In this document: positions 10,661-21,703 of the stretch, piece by piece
Layout of the letters: each line of letters begins with the position of its first letter
Position numbering within the stretch: position 1 is the stretch's first letter
Assembly: GCA_905178155.1 (NCBI GenBank)
Contig: CAJINV010000018.1
Location: forward strand, 538,609-602,608
Reading direction: 5' to 3'
From: Amoebophrya sp. A120
Taxonomy: Eukaryota > Protista > Dinoflagellata
DNA length: 64,000 nucleotides
Made by a program: the position numbers and the translations under genes
Notes under the pieces: model-generated
What the model saw: the letters and a program-made list of their open reading frames with translations, nothing else
The model's database searches: none
What the model was told of the DNA's origin: nothing

Positions 10661-13603
10661 TTAGATTATTGTCACTATAAGATAGATGGTAATGGAGACC
10701 ACATCAGAGACCCGGGCTTCCTCCGGCTCCGGCTGTTGGATCCGGTCAAGGTCATTGTAAAAAATTATGAAGCGTATGCCCCGGACTCCCCCACCGAGGC
10801 CGCCCATTTCAAATTGCCTTTCCGCCTGCGAGGAACGAAGAATTTCTTGGTAGAGTCCGGAGTTTCGGGAGATTTCTACCTGAAAATCAGGTAGGTGGAG
10901 CGAGAATAGTATCGTATGGAAAAATCCAAATCCCTATCCCCCCTTCCCGTATCAATAAGAGATTTCTGATGCGCGACTTGTATTGCTGGAAGGTAAAAAT
11001 AAAGGGACACACGACCCGCCGCCTATTTTCAGGCACTTTGATGGCATGCTGTTCTAGGGAATGCAGTTGCTTCTTGTACTCCTGCTGGAGAGGCAGCAAC
11101 TGCCTGTCCCAGACAGCACTACAGTCCGCACCTTTTCCCTCCTAGCACGACAAAATGATTTGTGGCCACAAAAAATCAGCATCACAAAATTCCGGTTTCA
11201 GTATGGGGTCAAGAGATTTATTTTCATTTCGATAACTAACCGCATCGAGGCATAGTGACTATTATAGTCATCGAGGTTATTGCCATGCCGATTCCCCTCG
11301 CTGAGGTATGAACTGCAAAAGTATCGTACTAGTATAAATTGCAATACAAATTATCTCAGCATTACAAATTAAATTTGTAATGCGGATTTACCTTGACAGC
11401 CTAGATTTGTAGTGCATCACTGCAAGTAGTACGAGTACGATACTTTTGCACAGGATATGAGGGCTGGAATATCAACGTCAACAAAATCTTTTTGAAAGCG
11501 GACCGCGTCGAAGCCGCCTATCCAAGAAAAAAACGCTGCTATTGTAAATTTGTGATGCGCAACATGCAAGATGATTGCGTCTGTCATGCTTGGCATGCAT
11601 CGTAAGGTCCATTAAAGGGCGTTTTCACGTACTATCTGCGGATGACAGGTTTTTGCTGTCCTCATGCGAAACAAATTTGTAATGCTGTTCCTCCAAAAAA
11701 GTTACACCCACAACGTTTTTTTCTTGGATACCATCGTACTGCATTTCCCTCTGTTCATCATTGATGGAAACGGAGTACTGTCTGATCCATGTCGTGCCCA
11801 AGTGGAGGGCAGAATCATATGAGAGGCTGAGATCCGGACGGCGCGCCAGAGCCAGTCTCTTTTCGAGCCTTTTGAACAACCAGTGCAAATCGTCTGCATG
11901 TGCAGCGTCAGCAAAGTAATCGCGTGGTCCCGCGACAAAAGTCGGCCGTCCAGGGGGAGTCTCGACTTGATTCGCGAAGGCGAGAAACTGCTGCCGGATG
12001 CCCAGGGTGTCGGGATTGGCTGCGACCGTGCCAATCCGGATCTGCTGCAAGTACTTGTCCCACTCCGCCCAAGCGATTTCTTCATTCCCCAGCAGCTGGG
12101 ACGCTTTCATAGTAATCGAGGTTATTGCCATGCCGATTCGCCCCGCTTCTGTGTCTGGTGGTGAGAGCTGGAATACCAACGTCAAAAAAAGGTGTGCGAA
12201 AGTCCTCGTCGTCGACGCCGAACAACATCTGTGTCTTGCTTTGAGAGAAGTACTCTCTGGTCCACCTCGTCGTGCTAGAGCGGTGGTCCCATGATGAGAA
12301 GTGGAGATCCGTACGGCGCCAAAGAGCTGCCAGTCTCTTTTCGAGACTTTCGAACAACCACTGCATCTCTTCTGCATGTGCAGCGTCAGCAAAAGGATCT
12401 ACGATGGTGGGCCCACGTGGTCTCGCAACAAAAGTCGGCCGTCCATGGGGAGTCTCGACTTGATTCGCGAAGGCGCGAAACTGCTGCCGAATGCCCAGGA
12501 TGTCCTTGCCCGGGGTGTCGGGATTGGCTGGGACCCTGCCACGCTCGATCTGCTCGAAGTACTTGTCCCATTCCCTCCAAGCGGTTTCTTTATCCCCCCA
12601 CTGGGACGCTTTCAGGAGACTGGCAAAATGGTCCGGCGGCCCTCGGGTGACTAGAAGTTGCAAGGACAGCGCGTTGCTTTTGCTCCTCTTCACATGCTCC
12701 TCCAACTCCATCAGCACCATTCGAGTATCACCCTGTTTGTAGCGGAAAGAAACACGACGCGGCTCTTCCGACCGTGTGAGGAGCGTGTCGGGGGCGCCCA
12801 TAAACACTTCGTGCGGCTGCGGTGGCAGTGGGTCTTTGGCGAAGACTGAAGCATATCCAGTGCAACAAAGGTAATTAAAGTATTTTTGCAAGACTGCATG
12901 ACAAATCGCTTTCCTAGGCATACGCTGAAGATGAGTCAGCATAAAAATGCAAATTTTTATCAACACATGGTGTCCAGCGTTAACGTTTGGAGAGATCATT
13001 TATCATGCGACTCGCGCCGCGATGGATACTTTACTTACATTTCGTTGCAATTCATAAAGCAAAAAGCTGGTTGACACGCCACTCACTCCATTGTTCAAAA
13101 GGAATGGCTGTGATCCGGTTCCTACTCAGAGCGTGAGTAATCTCCAGAACAGGTCGAGCTACTGCACCCTCATCTTGCCCACCTGATTGCACAGCCCCAC
13201 CACGTTCTCCGTGTTGCGTGGCTTGATTTATGTTTCTCGCAGTAGAAGAAGAAGAGGCTGTATCTGTAGCACTACCAGCAAAGTCCTCCGGAGCTGCGTG
13301 CTGCTGAGCCATAAAGATTGCACCAGACTCCACGACAGAAGCGCCGCTGGTGTGAACAGCATCGCCTGCCCGACCCCGACTTGATGCTCCTCCAGAAGGT
13401 CGCCGAGATCGACTGCCAGAGCGACCCGGTAGAGATGAAAACAAGGCGGCTGCCGAGGTCAATTGGTGCAGCAACGCCACAACAGAGAGAAAAATTTTTG
13501 CCGTACTTTTCCCAGGTACGACGAAACGGGACCAGCGCGCAGGGTTGGGAAGAACGCCGCGGCCGCTTCCACGGTTCTGCAAATCCACGACCATAGAAGG
13601 CAT
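10661..13603 (-). CDS. Hypothetical protein with two internal ~150-aa repeats, 4 introners and an apparent frameshift near 12110
   Basis: Repeat KASQ..W.EWDKY..QI..G.V.ANPDT..GIRQQF.AFANQVETP.GRPTFVA...FADAAHA..WLF..LEKRLA...DV.IPAL...NRHGNNLD occurs twice; introners at 12854, 11519, 11307 and 10910 splice in frame; the two repeats are in different frames. Confidence 0.6.
10910..11234. mobile_element. Degenerate introner (family C-like)
   Basis: TATCGTATGGAAAAAT...ATTTTCATTTCGATA; TSD AATAG/ACTAA decayed; removal keeps the frame. Confidence 0.65.
11307..11457. mobile_element. Introner family D
   Basis: TSD TGAGG; restores IPALSEGNRHG matching the other protein repeat. Confidence 0.92.
11519..11730. 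mobile_element. Introner family G
   Basis: Perfect 17-bp TIR TATCCAAGAAAAAAACG; TSD CCGCC/CCATC decayed. Confidence 0.82.
12854..13056. mobile_element. Degenerate introner (D-like)
   Basis: TATCCAGTGCAAC...GTTGCAATTCATA; TSD AAGCA. Confidence 0.82.
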
Positions 13604-15846
13604 GGCGGATTTTTTTTTACGCTTGCTCGTCTGCTTGTAAATGTTGCGTTGCGAATGAAAATCTGGTTGTACAGAATAAGCAAAACAACTTTAAAAATGC
13701 TGTTGGAAATTATAGTTCTTGTTGCACAGATACAGATTAATGAATTATACAAGGTACACGTATAGGTGTTGTGGGATTCAAATTTATCTTTATGATAAAG
13801 AGCAATTGTAGTAGAGGCGACGCTCTGAGTGAAACGAATGCTGTTCGTTGCTGGCGGATGAAGCAAAGTTTGTGGGTGAGTCAGTGTAGAAATCTGCCAC
13901 ACGACAGGTCGGTTAGCTGCAAGATCCGGCTTGTTATAAATTAATATGACCCCCGAGCCAACAGATCTGTATTTTTCAGGAGCTAGTCCACACTGGATCG
14001 CTAGATACTGATCTGATCTCTCCGCGGCAGGCGCAGGCGCGGAGTTGGAGGAAACGATTTGCCACTTTGACTTTGCATATACTCGACTTCATTTCATTTC
14101 AAGACACCTCAATTTTTTTGCGACCGACCACATGTGATCTGATCAGAGGATGAGTTCTTTTATTTGGCGCTACAAGTTGTCGCACAAGAAACTACAATGC
14201 GCTAGAAGTTGTTGCACAAGAAAAGTGAAGTGTGCGCTAGATGAAGTTGTTGCACAAGAAACAGTCGGCGCCTGTGCCTCCTTGGCGCTGATAGAGGTCG
14301 GCACTTCAACTTCATCTTCGTGTAGGGGGTTTTAGCAGTACAGCGACCTCCTGTCGAGACGAGGCGTACTTGCTTGTATTGTATAGATCCGCGATCAATA
14401 CGAATGCGACAATACGAAAACTCTCTCATGAGGGTCGAGAAAATACAAATGCGAACAACGACAATACGCATATACATAGATGAGAACCAGCAGGAGGAAA
14501 GCGAAAAAAGATTTTGACCTTCGGTCTTCGGAGAGCAAAAACGAACACCGTTCCCGCCCGCGACCGCCCCACCCAATTTTTATATGATCGCGAAGCTGTA
14601 GCTTCCAATCAGGTCCTCTTTCAATCATACACGCAAGAACTAAGTATTCTCACACGACCTTCATCTGCTTGTTTCTTTTTTTTCGTCCAAAATTCCGCAT
14701 TTTTTTTTCCGGAAGTAAAAGTGCCGGCTTTATGAGTGCGGGGCGAATGTGATAATTTCGATCATGCTCATCGTCTACAATTGTAGTGCCCTCTGCGATC
14801 ATTTTTCTGTGTCACAAACAAAAAACCAGGGCGCGAAGAAGGAGATTTCATCTCCTTCGACAAATGTAAAGCAATGCCTCCCTTATCGAATAGTAAATAA
14901 TGCTTTGACGACACAACACGAGCCAATCTGTATCTTACACATGCAAATGCATGGTGGGCATAAAGGTAAACCTTGAAAAGTTTCCTTATCCGCGCCTGCC
15001 GTGCTTCCGAGACAAGGAAGCCATCAAGTCTTTTGAGTTTTGACCCCTTTTGTGTTTGCTACCATCATCTAACGCCCGATAAAATCAGGGTTGATTCAGA
15101 ATGGCTGTGTTGAGCTGAATGGAGAGAGCGGAAGATGTATTCATTAGAAATATGCAAGCAAATAGTTGACATATCATGACGCGAGCTGTTTAGCACGAAA
15201 AGGAATCGGAATAAGCAACTATTTGAAATCCTCCAATATAGCAGAATGTAATAAATAAAACGACTACGAATCACGGCGCTGCTTCTGCGGACACTGTGCC
15301 TCTACCTTCCCCTTTCAATTATCCAGAGAAGCTCGCTTGAGCTCTGACTGTCTCCTGCGAGGGGTAATGTCCCCCTCTCGCTCTACTTCTCCGGGGTTCG
15401 ATAGTAGCAAAGCCAACCGTTATCTCCAGCGTCGCAGCTGCATCTACTGCAAGCACTAGAGCAGGAAGGAGCTCATTTTTCAAAACAAAACGAAACAAAA
15501 GCCAGCACTTTCCCGCCCGTCGGGGGATGCAATTGTAAAGCGCTGGCGTTTGTTGATATAATGTGTGAATGTGAATGTGTCTTCCAAAACTAGCAAAACA
15601 TAAAGCATCTTTGTGGAGGTCCATCGTGTAGGAGTAGTTTTCCTTTTTCAATTTCAACAAACGTAGAGACGAACTGAATGGAACTCGAGCTTCCATTTAT
15701 TCTATACGCACATCACAGAAATACATTTTGGCATTTTGATTTTTGTTTAATGGCATTTTTGTTTTTCGTCCATTCTACTTGTTTATTCCCGTTGACGTTG
15801 TAGTTGTACTGCTAAGTGCGGAAAAAAATAATCATCGTAGCCAATA

Positions 15847-16108
15847 TATCGACTGTAAAAACGTCCCCACCCCAGAGTTGTATTGCAAATTTGCATGGTG
15901 AGAATGGTTCCCATGCCGAGACCCATGCGAAGCAGTTTCTAGTCGTGTTTTGAGCTTTGTGATGCTAGTAGAATCAGCACGATAGGCCAGATCTGTGATG
16001 CTGCTGAACAAGCTAAACAGGACTAAACTACGAGGGCAAGCCTGTCATGAGAAACAACCAAAGCTGGTGTATTTGTCTAGCAGATTTCCCAATCCCAATT
16101 TGACTCTT
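15847..16108. mobile_element. Truncated family I introner remnant
   Basis: One TIR TATCGACTGTAAAAACGTCCCCACCCCAGAG plus interior matching 19418-19696; the other TIR is missing. Confidence 0.7.
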
Positions 16109-17404
16109 CGGCGTTAATTTCGTTAAGCTTTGCTTGCAGCGCATTCGCAATCCTGGACCGGTCGGCTTCATATTCGGCGCGAATTGCGGCAAGATGCGTT
16201 TGAAGCTCCTTAAAAACATTGTCACGATTGGTTCTCGCGTATTACAATGAAAAGTGCCCCCCCGCGGAAGTTGCAAAAATTTTTTTGGGGAGTTTCCAAA
16301 TGGAAACTCAAGTTACTTTCTATCTTGCATGAAAGAGCTAGTATGAGGCTTCTGGATACAGAATCTAGTCGCGCAAGGCGCCTTGCTGTGCATAACAGGC
16401 CCGGCAGTCGCTGGGCTCTTGCGTAGCGACTAGGACTACTACACAAATTGTAGCGATTCAGCATAATTGCAGATATGTGATGCTGAAACATGAAAGATGG
16501 AGAGCGTTCTTTCCAGCATTGGACATCAGCTTTGCTGCACTGCAAAGGCTGCCACGTTCTGGGGTCGTGGGGGCATTTTTCCTTGTAATACCCAATAAGG
16601 ATCTCCCTGGAAGTCTTCAAGCGACTTGTTGTAAATTAACCAACGCTCGGTTTGGCGCTCCTCGTCTATCGTGACATGCTTCCAAGCAGCTGCGGCCTGC
16701 GTCGTGGCACGCACGGTTTCGTCGTCTGTGCGAATCGTGGCAAGCTCGGTCTCAAGCTCGGCGTCAATATTGGCAATCTCCGTGCGGAACGTGCGGTCAA
16801 TCCTGCCAAGCTCAGTGCTCAGCCGAGTTTCGATCCCTGCAAGGAGCTCGGTTTGCTCGGCGTCACGCTTCTCCGAAGCGGCTTGGCGCTTGGCGGCACG
16901 CTTCTTCGCGTCGGCTCTTTCCTCGGCGTCGCGCGAGACCGAGTCGGCTCCCTGCTTGGCGTAGCGCTCGGCTGCCGCGGCTTCCTGCTTAGCCTCACGC
17001 TCGGCCTCCTTCGCTTTTGCTTTGGCCTCCTTAAGCGCAGCCTTGTGTTTATTTTTGGCCTCCTTGAGGACAGCATCCAAGCGTTTTTCTTCGGCCACCT
17101 TCGCCATTTTTTCGGCCTCCATGTCAGCATCGAGTCGCTCTTTTTCGGCCGACTTCGCCGGCTTTTCGGCGACGCGAACAGCTTCGCCGAAAGCATCCGA
17201 AAGCGTTCTATTGGGCGAAGTGCTTCTCTTTCTCGTGGGCGAAGTGCTCCTCTTTCTTTCTCGGCTTCTCTCGCCACGATCGGCCGTGAACTGCAGCGCA
17301 TGAACCACGCCCGGTGCAGTTGCCGCGAGGGAACCAAGCAGGACACTGACGCACGCCGCACCTGCGGCCAGAGACATTTTCATCCTCATGGATCCGATTT
17401 TCAT
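16077..17404 (-). CDS. Putative secreted coiled-coil protein, 1 introner
   Basis: Signal-peptide-like N-terminus, A/E/K-rich coiled coil; removing 16240-16590 plus 5 nt continues PYWGTNRDNVFKELQTHLAAIRAEYEADRSRIANALQAKLNEINAEESNWDWEIC*. Confidence 0.65.
16240..16590. mobile_element. Degenerate introner (I-like subfamily, cf. 39592)
   Basis: TATTACAATGAAAAGTGCCCCC...GGGGGCATTTTTCCTTGTAATA; TSD no longer recognisable. Confidence 0.7.
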
Positions 17405-18749
17405 CTTTATTTCCACTCGTTTCCAAAATCAAATATGTTGCAATGTAAAATCAAAGCACGACAATTATATAATCGTATAGCTCTGCTTGGGAAACAAATC
17501 GAAATCGAAGCTTGTTCTTTCTTTTTGATGTTCTCGTCCAACTGTAATTCCTCGCTAGTAAAACTTTAAAAGTCCAATTGATTCTGTCGTCGCGATCATG
17601 ACGAAGGAGAAGAAATTATGAAGGATTGGAATTCAGTTCCAGAAGATTCAGTTGCAAAAAATACTTACTCCCATGTTGATCCACCTCGTCAAGATCCTCA
17701 TAATTTGCAGCAGCATGCAAGATAAAAGGTATAGGATTTTTTACTTTGGCGCTCCTTGATGGTATGAATTTGTTGATCTCCCCTTGGCATTGCTCCTTTC
17801 CTGGTTCAGAGAAACATCGAGTCTATGTGAGCCGACCTTTTTTCGCGATCTTCACGACCGAAAATGCAGGATCGGATTTATTTCTCGAAGTCACAGCGGT
17901 CGGAGTGCTACAACTAGAACTACAGGCCGTGCTCTCTATGAGTCTTTCCATTCGCATCCAGACGTGACGCGATGATCGTTCTGATCTTGGTTTGCGACGT
18001 TGTGCTGAAGATTTTCATTTTCTTGTGACCGGAAAAGTTTTCTACTCTGTCGCTCGCTCTAGGACGCAAAACACGACACACATGATCATCCGGCTTCAGA
18101 GTTCGTCCCATGACGTAAGCGGTTTTCATCTTCCGTATAGGCAGTTTTCATCTTCCGTACCCATGACATAGGCAGTTTGCTTGTCTTGTATAGATCAAAG
18201 TCAACGTAGGAAAAGCAAGGGGAGGTACAGAAATTTCGACGTGTTATTCGCTTATTTCAAAATATCGTCAGACTCAGATGTATTTCTCGGTGATATGTTA
18301 GTGGCAGAAGAAGTCAGTGGTCTTGCGACATCAAGTAGATCAAGTGGATATTACTGCACCCAAAAAAATAAGACCTGCAAGCGGCACTGGCAGGAGCAGA
18401 GTGTAGCTTTGTACTAGTTGAGCACGACATTAATGAGCATCAACGTCGTGTACTTACAACTACTCGGCGATGGTAAGTAGAAGTGACTACGCCTCTGCTA
18501 CTTACGCTGTCACTGCCCCGGTAGACCCCGTCGGAGATGAACCCGCCAGCATTGCGCTGTCGTTCATTTTGTTCGCCGCGTCTGCCTTTGCCACAGAAGT
18601 GGCATTCTTTGTCACACAGAAAAAAGTCAGCGCATCACATTTAATAGAAACGCAAAAACAATAAATCTGGCGTGGTCGTGATGCATACCTGAAAGTACTA
18701 AAAAAGCATGCTAGAGTTCAACATCGGCCGTGAGAACCGTGAGAGATTG

Positions 18750-20667
18750 CTATTCTGTTTCATCTGTTTTGGCATTTCGAACAAAATGCGCTACTTTTTT
18801 CACTGTGATATTCTTATGACAGTGCACAACTGCTCCCCCTCCCCCTCATTTGTACTGCATGAACAGCAATACAAACACCAGCTCAGCACACGTGGAGCCT
18901 GTGCATGACAAGTTCTTCATGCGCCTGTTGTAGTACTGTTTGGACTTCCGGAATCTCTCATGCATACAGTGCCACAGAGAAGCGCTTGCATTTAGGCTTT
19001 TGCATATACAAATGAGGGGGAGGGGGAGTTGTGCACTCTCATAATTCTTTTTGAACTGATAGAAGCTCCGGATTTTGTAGAGGAAAGATTTTCCCCGCGC
19101 ACTGTTCCTTATCAACTGCAAATGCGCCGTCCGGGTCTGGATGAGTGCAGATGCTTGCAATGCAGGTTTTGCATGACCTCCCATGAGTTCTGGAATCATG
19201 TGGGACCTAGCATAACAGACTCTGTGAGGTTTCTGTCATGCCTATCCTGCATGAGAAATCCCTTCCCAACTTGGTCGAAAGTGGACACCTTTTCGCACTC
19301 ATGCAGCACAGATTTTTGTGCGATTCAGATTTAGCACGACAAGTTGCAATCTTCCAGACCCAGACATATTTGCAATCCATATTCCCGCCAATCGGACAAA
19401 ACCCGCGGATATGCATTTATCCTGAGTAAAAACGTACCCACACCAGAGTCAAGATGGTAAATCTGCTAGACAAATCAACCAGCTTTGGCTGTTTCGCATG
19501 ACAAGTTTGTCCTTGTAATGTAATCCTGTTTAGGTAGTTCAGCAGCATCACAGGCCTAGCATATCATGCTGATTATAGCATCACAAATCCCAAAACACGA
19601 TTAGAAAATGCCTTTCATGGGGCTCAGCATGAGAAACTCTTTTGGCATGCAGATTTGCATTACAACTCTGGTGTGGGTACGTTTTTACTCAGGATAGCAT
19701 TGCAAACGATCATGTCACCCGGGTGGCCTGGTGGTAACGCGCCAACCTGTCGACAAGGAGCTTGCCGTGTGTCAGTCGCCACAAAATCTGTAGTGTCTGC
19801 CTTGCACCACGACGGGGTTAGATGCCTCATGATCATGAAGTGGCGAGACAGACAAAAATACAATAGAGATCATGACAGATGCCCTGCTGGCAAGAAATGG
19901 TATTAATCGGCATGGTCGCAACCAATCTGAGCCTTCCACCACCACTCTGAAGATTGACTCCGTTTGATAGCGAATCTCCAAGTACTTGCGAGCCTGCACC
20001 ACGGAGTCCGTCCACATCTTGATGAATTTGAACTTTTTCTTTCCCGCGTTCGAAGCCTTAACCGACACCACTTTGCCATTCTTGTTTTTCCGCAAGTCGT
20101 CTTTTTTCAGCCCGCCGGTGGTTTTCTCCTTGGTGCCCCGGTACACCGAACTCTTCGCGCGCTTGCCCTTGGCAATCTTGTATCACAGGAAAAAGTGTTA
20201 ACGTCAACGGTTTTCATAGACATAGATTGCTAAAATGCATGACAAATTTAGCCTAGCATGCATGCTTTGCGTGACAAATTTTGGCACGGTTTGGGATGAA
20301 TTTCTGCATGACAGATTCCGTTAACGTTAACACTTTTTCCTTGCAATATCTTGCTCACCTTCTTCATGGCCTTCTTTTTCATCGGTTTGGCGCCGCCGGC
20401 TTTCTTATGAACTGCAAAAGTATCGTACTCGTATAAATGCATTACAAATTTCCTCAGCATGAGATAAATGAAATTTGTAATGCGGATTTACCTTAGGAGC
20501 AGGATTTGTAATGCATGTTTGCAATTACTACGAGTACGATACTTTTGCACGGCATATTTCTTCATGGCATTCATCTTTTTCATCGGCGGTCGGCCCACCT
20601 GCTTCATCGCCACCTTCATTGCCGGTCGTGCCGCGCCCACAACCTTCATGGAACCCTTTGGCGGCAT
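18750..20667 (-). CDS. DVNP: Dinoflagellate/viral nucleoprotein (DVNP), 5 introner introns
   Basis: Spliced product MPPKGSMK...AMKKVSKIAKGKRAKSSVYRGTKEKTTGGLKKDDLRKNKNGKVVSVKAS...WTDSVVQARKYLEIRGFCPIGGNSARGKSFLYKIRSFY... matches the DVNP pattern. Confidence 0.93.
18815..19043. mobile_element. Introner family B
   Basis: TSD ATTCT. Confidence 0.9.
19110..19381. mobile_element. Introner family A
   Basis: TSD TTCCT/TTCCC; restores PIGGNSARG. Confidence 0.88.
19410..19969. mobile_element. Old outer introner carrying a nested family I element
   Basis: TAT...ATA ends, TSD GCGGA/GCGAA; removal joins LEIR to GFCPIGG. Confidence 0.82.
19418..19696. mobile_element. Introner family I, nested
   Basis: TIR TATCCTGAGTAAAAACGTACCCACACCAGAG (perfect); TSD GCATT. 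Confidence 0.93.
20181..20348. mobile_element. Introner family H
   Basis: TSD TCTTG; restores VSKIAKGK. Confidence 0.92.
20406..20556. mobile_element. Introner family D
   Basis: TSD TTTCT. Confidence 0.92.
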
Positions 20668-21703
20668 TTTGGAAGAAAGGAATGTCTTGAAAACAAATCT
20701 GCTGGGGTCGTTTGTGCGTTTTCGTTTTGTTGGAAAAGAAACACTTGTTGCGTGGTGTAGAAGTTGCTGCTTTCGACTAGATAAGAAAATGTACGTTCAA
20801 ATGTTGTGTATTTTATCTAGGAAAAAGTAAAAGAAATGGAAATCTTATATATTTGGTTAAAGCGCCTTGTACCTACTACTTGATGAAATTTTCGTTGGAT
20901 ACACACCCAATAAGCTAGCACCGGAGCAAAGTTGTCCGGGCCTTTATTTTGCCGAAAATTTTTTTGCTACTGACGTTAGATGAGAAGAGAACTATTAATA
21001 TTGTACGGCCACGGCGACAGAATTTCGTTTTCGTTGAGACTAATCGAAATTGATTCGCTAGCGCTGGCGCACCAACAACAGCGATTTTCGACCATTCGCG
21101 AACCGCTTTTTTTTTTTGGCGCCAAGCCAGGTGTAAACAGATCCAATCTTCCACGACCACACCACGGCCTCCTTATTGGCGAACGAGATATACTTATCAT
21201 CACACGCAGACAGTAGAACTAGACGTGTAGCGACCCCAAATCACAATCAGATCAGCAGAAGAAATTCTTTGAATAAAATGCGCCGGCCTTGTTCGAACCC
21301 GTTGGACAGGAACGTACATGATGAGCAACTCGATGATGAACTTGGGAGGCTGTGAGACCCCTTTTAGCTGCGACCTTCGCGTTACTTTCCCAGCTTCATA
21401 ACTACAGGTCAGCAAGAATAACACTACTTACTCCTTCTAATGTGCGTCTGCTACAGAAGATCCTTTTCCTTCGAACGGATGAAGATGATCTGGTTTTTCG
21501 TCAGCACAAAACTCAGTTTAGCTACGAACAGAAAAGCAGCGCCCCGTGCGCTCGTGCCTGTTTGTACCTCCAGTAATGTTGAACTTTTTATTTATACATC
21601 TTCACAAGAAAGCTTAATAAATCTAATTCGCTAGTAGCTCTAGCTTGTTCGATTTCTTCATGTGTCTTGGTGCACCCAGTTAGCACACAATATCCAACTT
21701 TTT

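Noticed and set aside
16652-17569. 305-aa plus-strand ORF
   Set aside because: Antisense of the coiled-coil gene with no independent motif.
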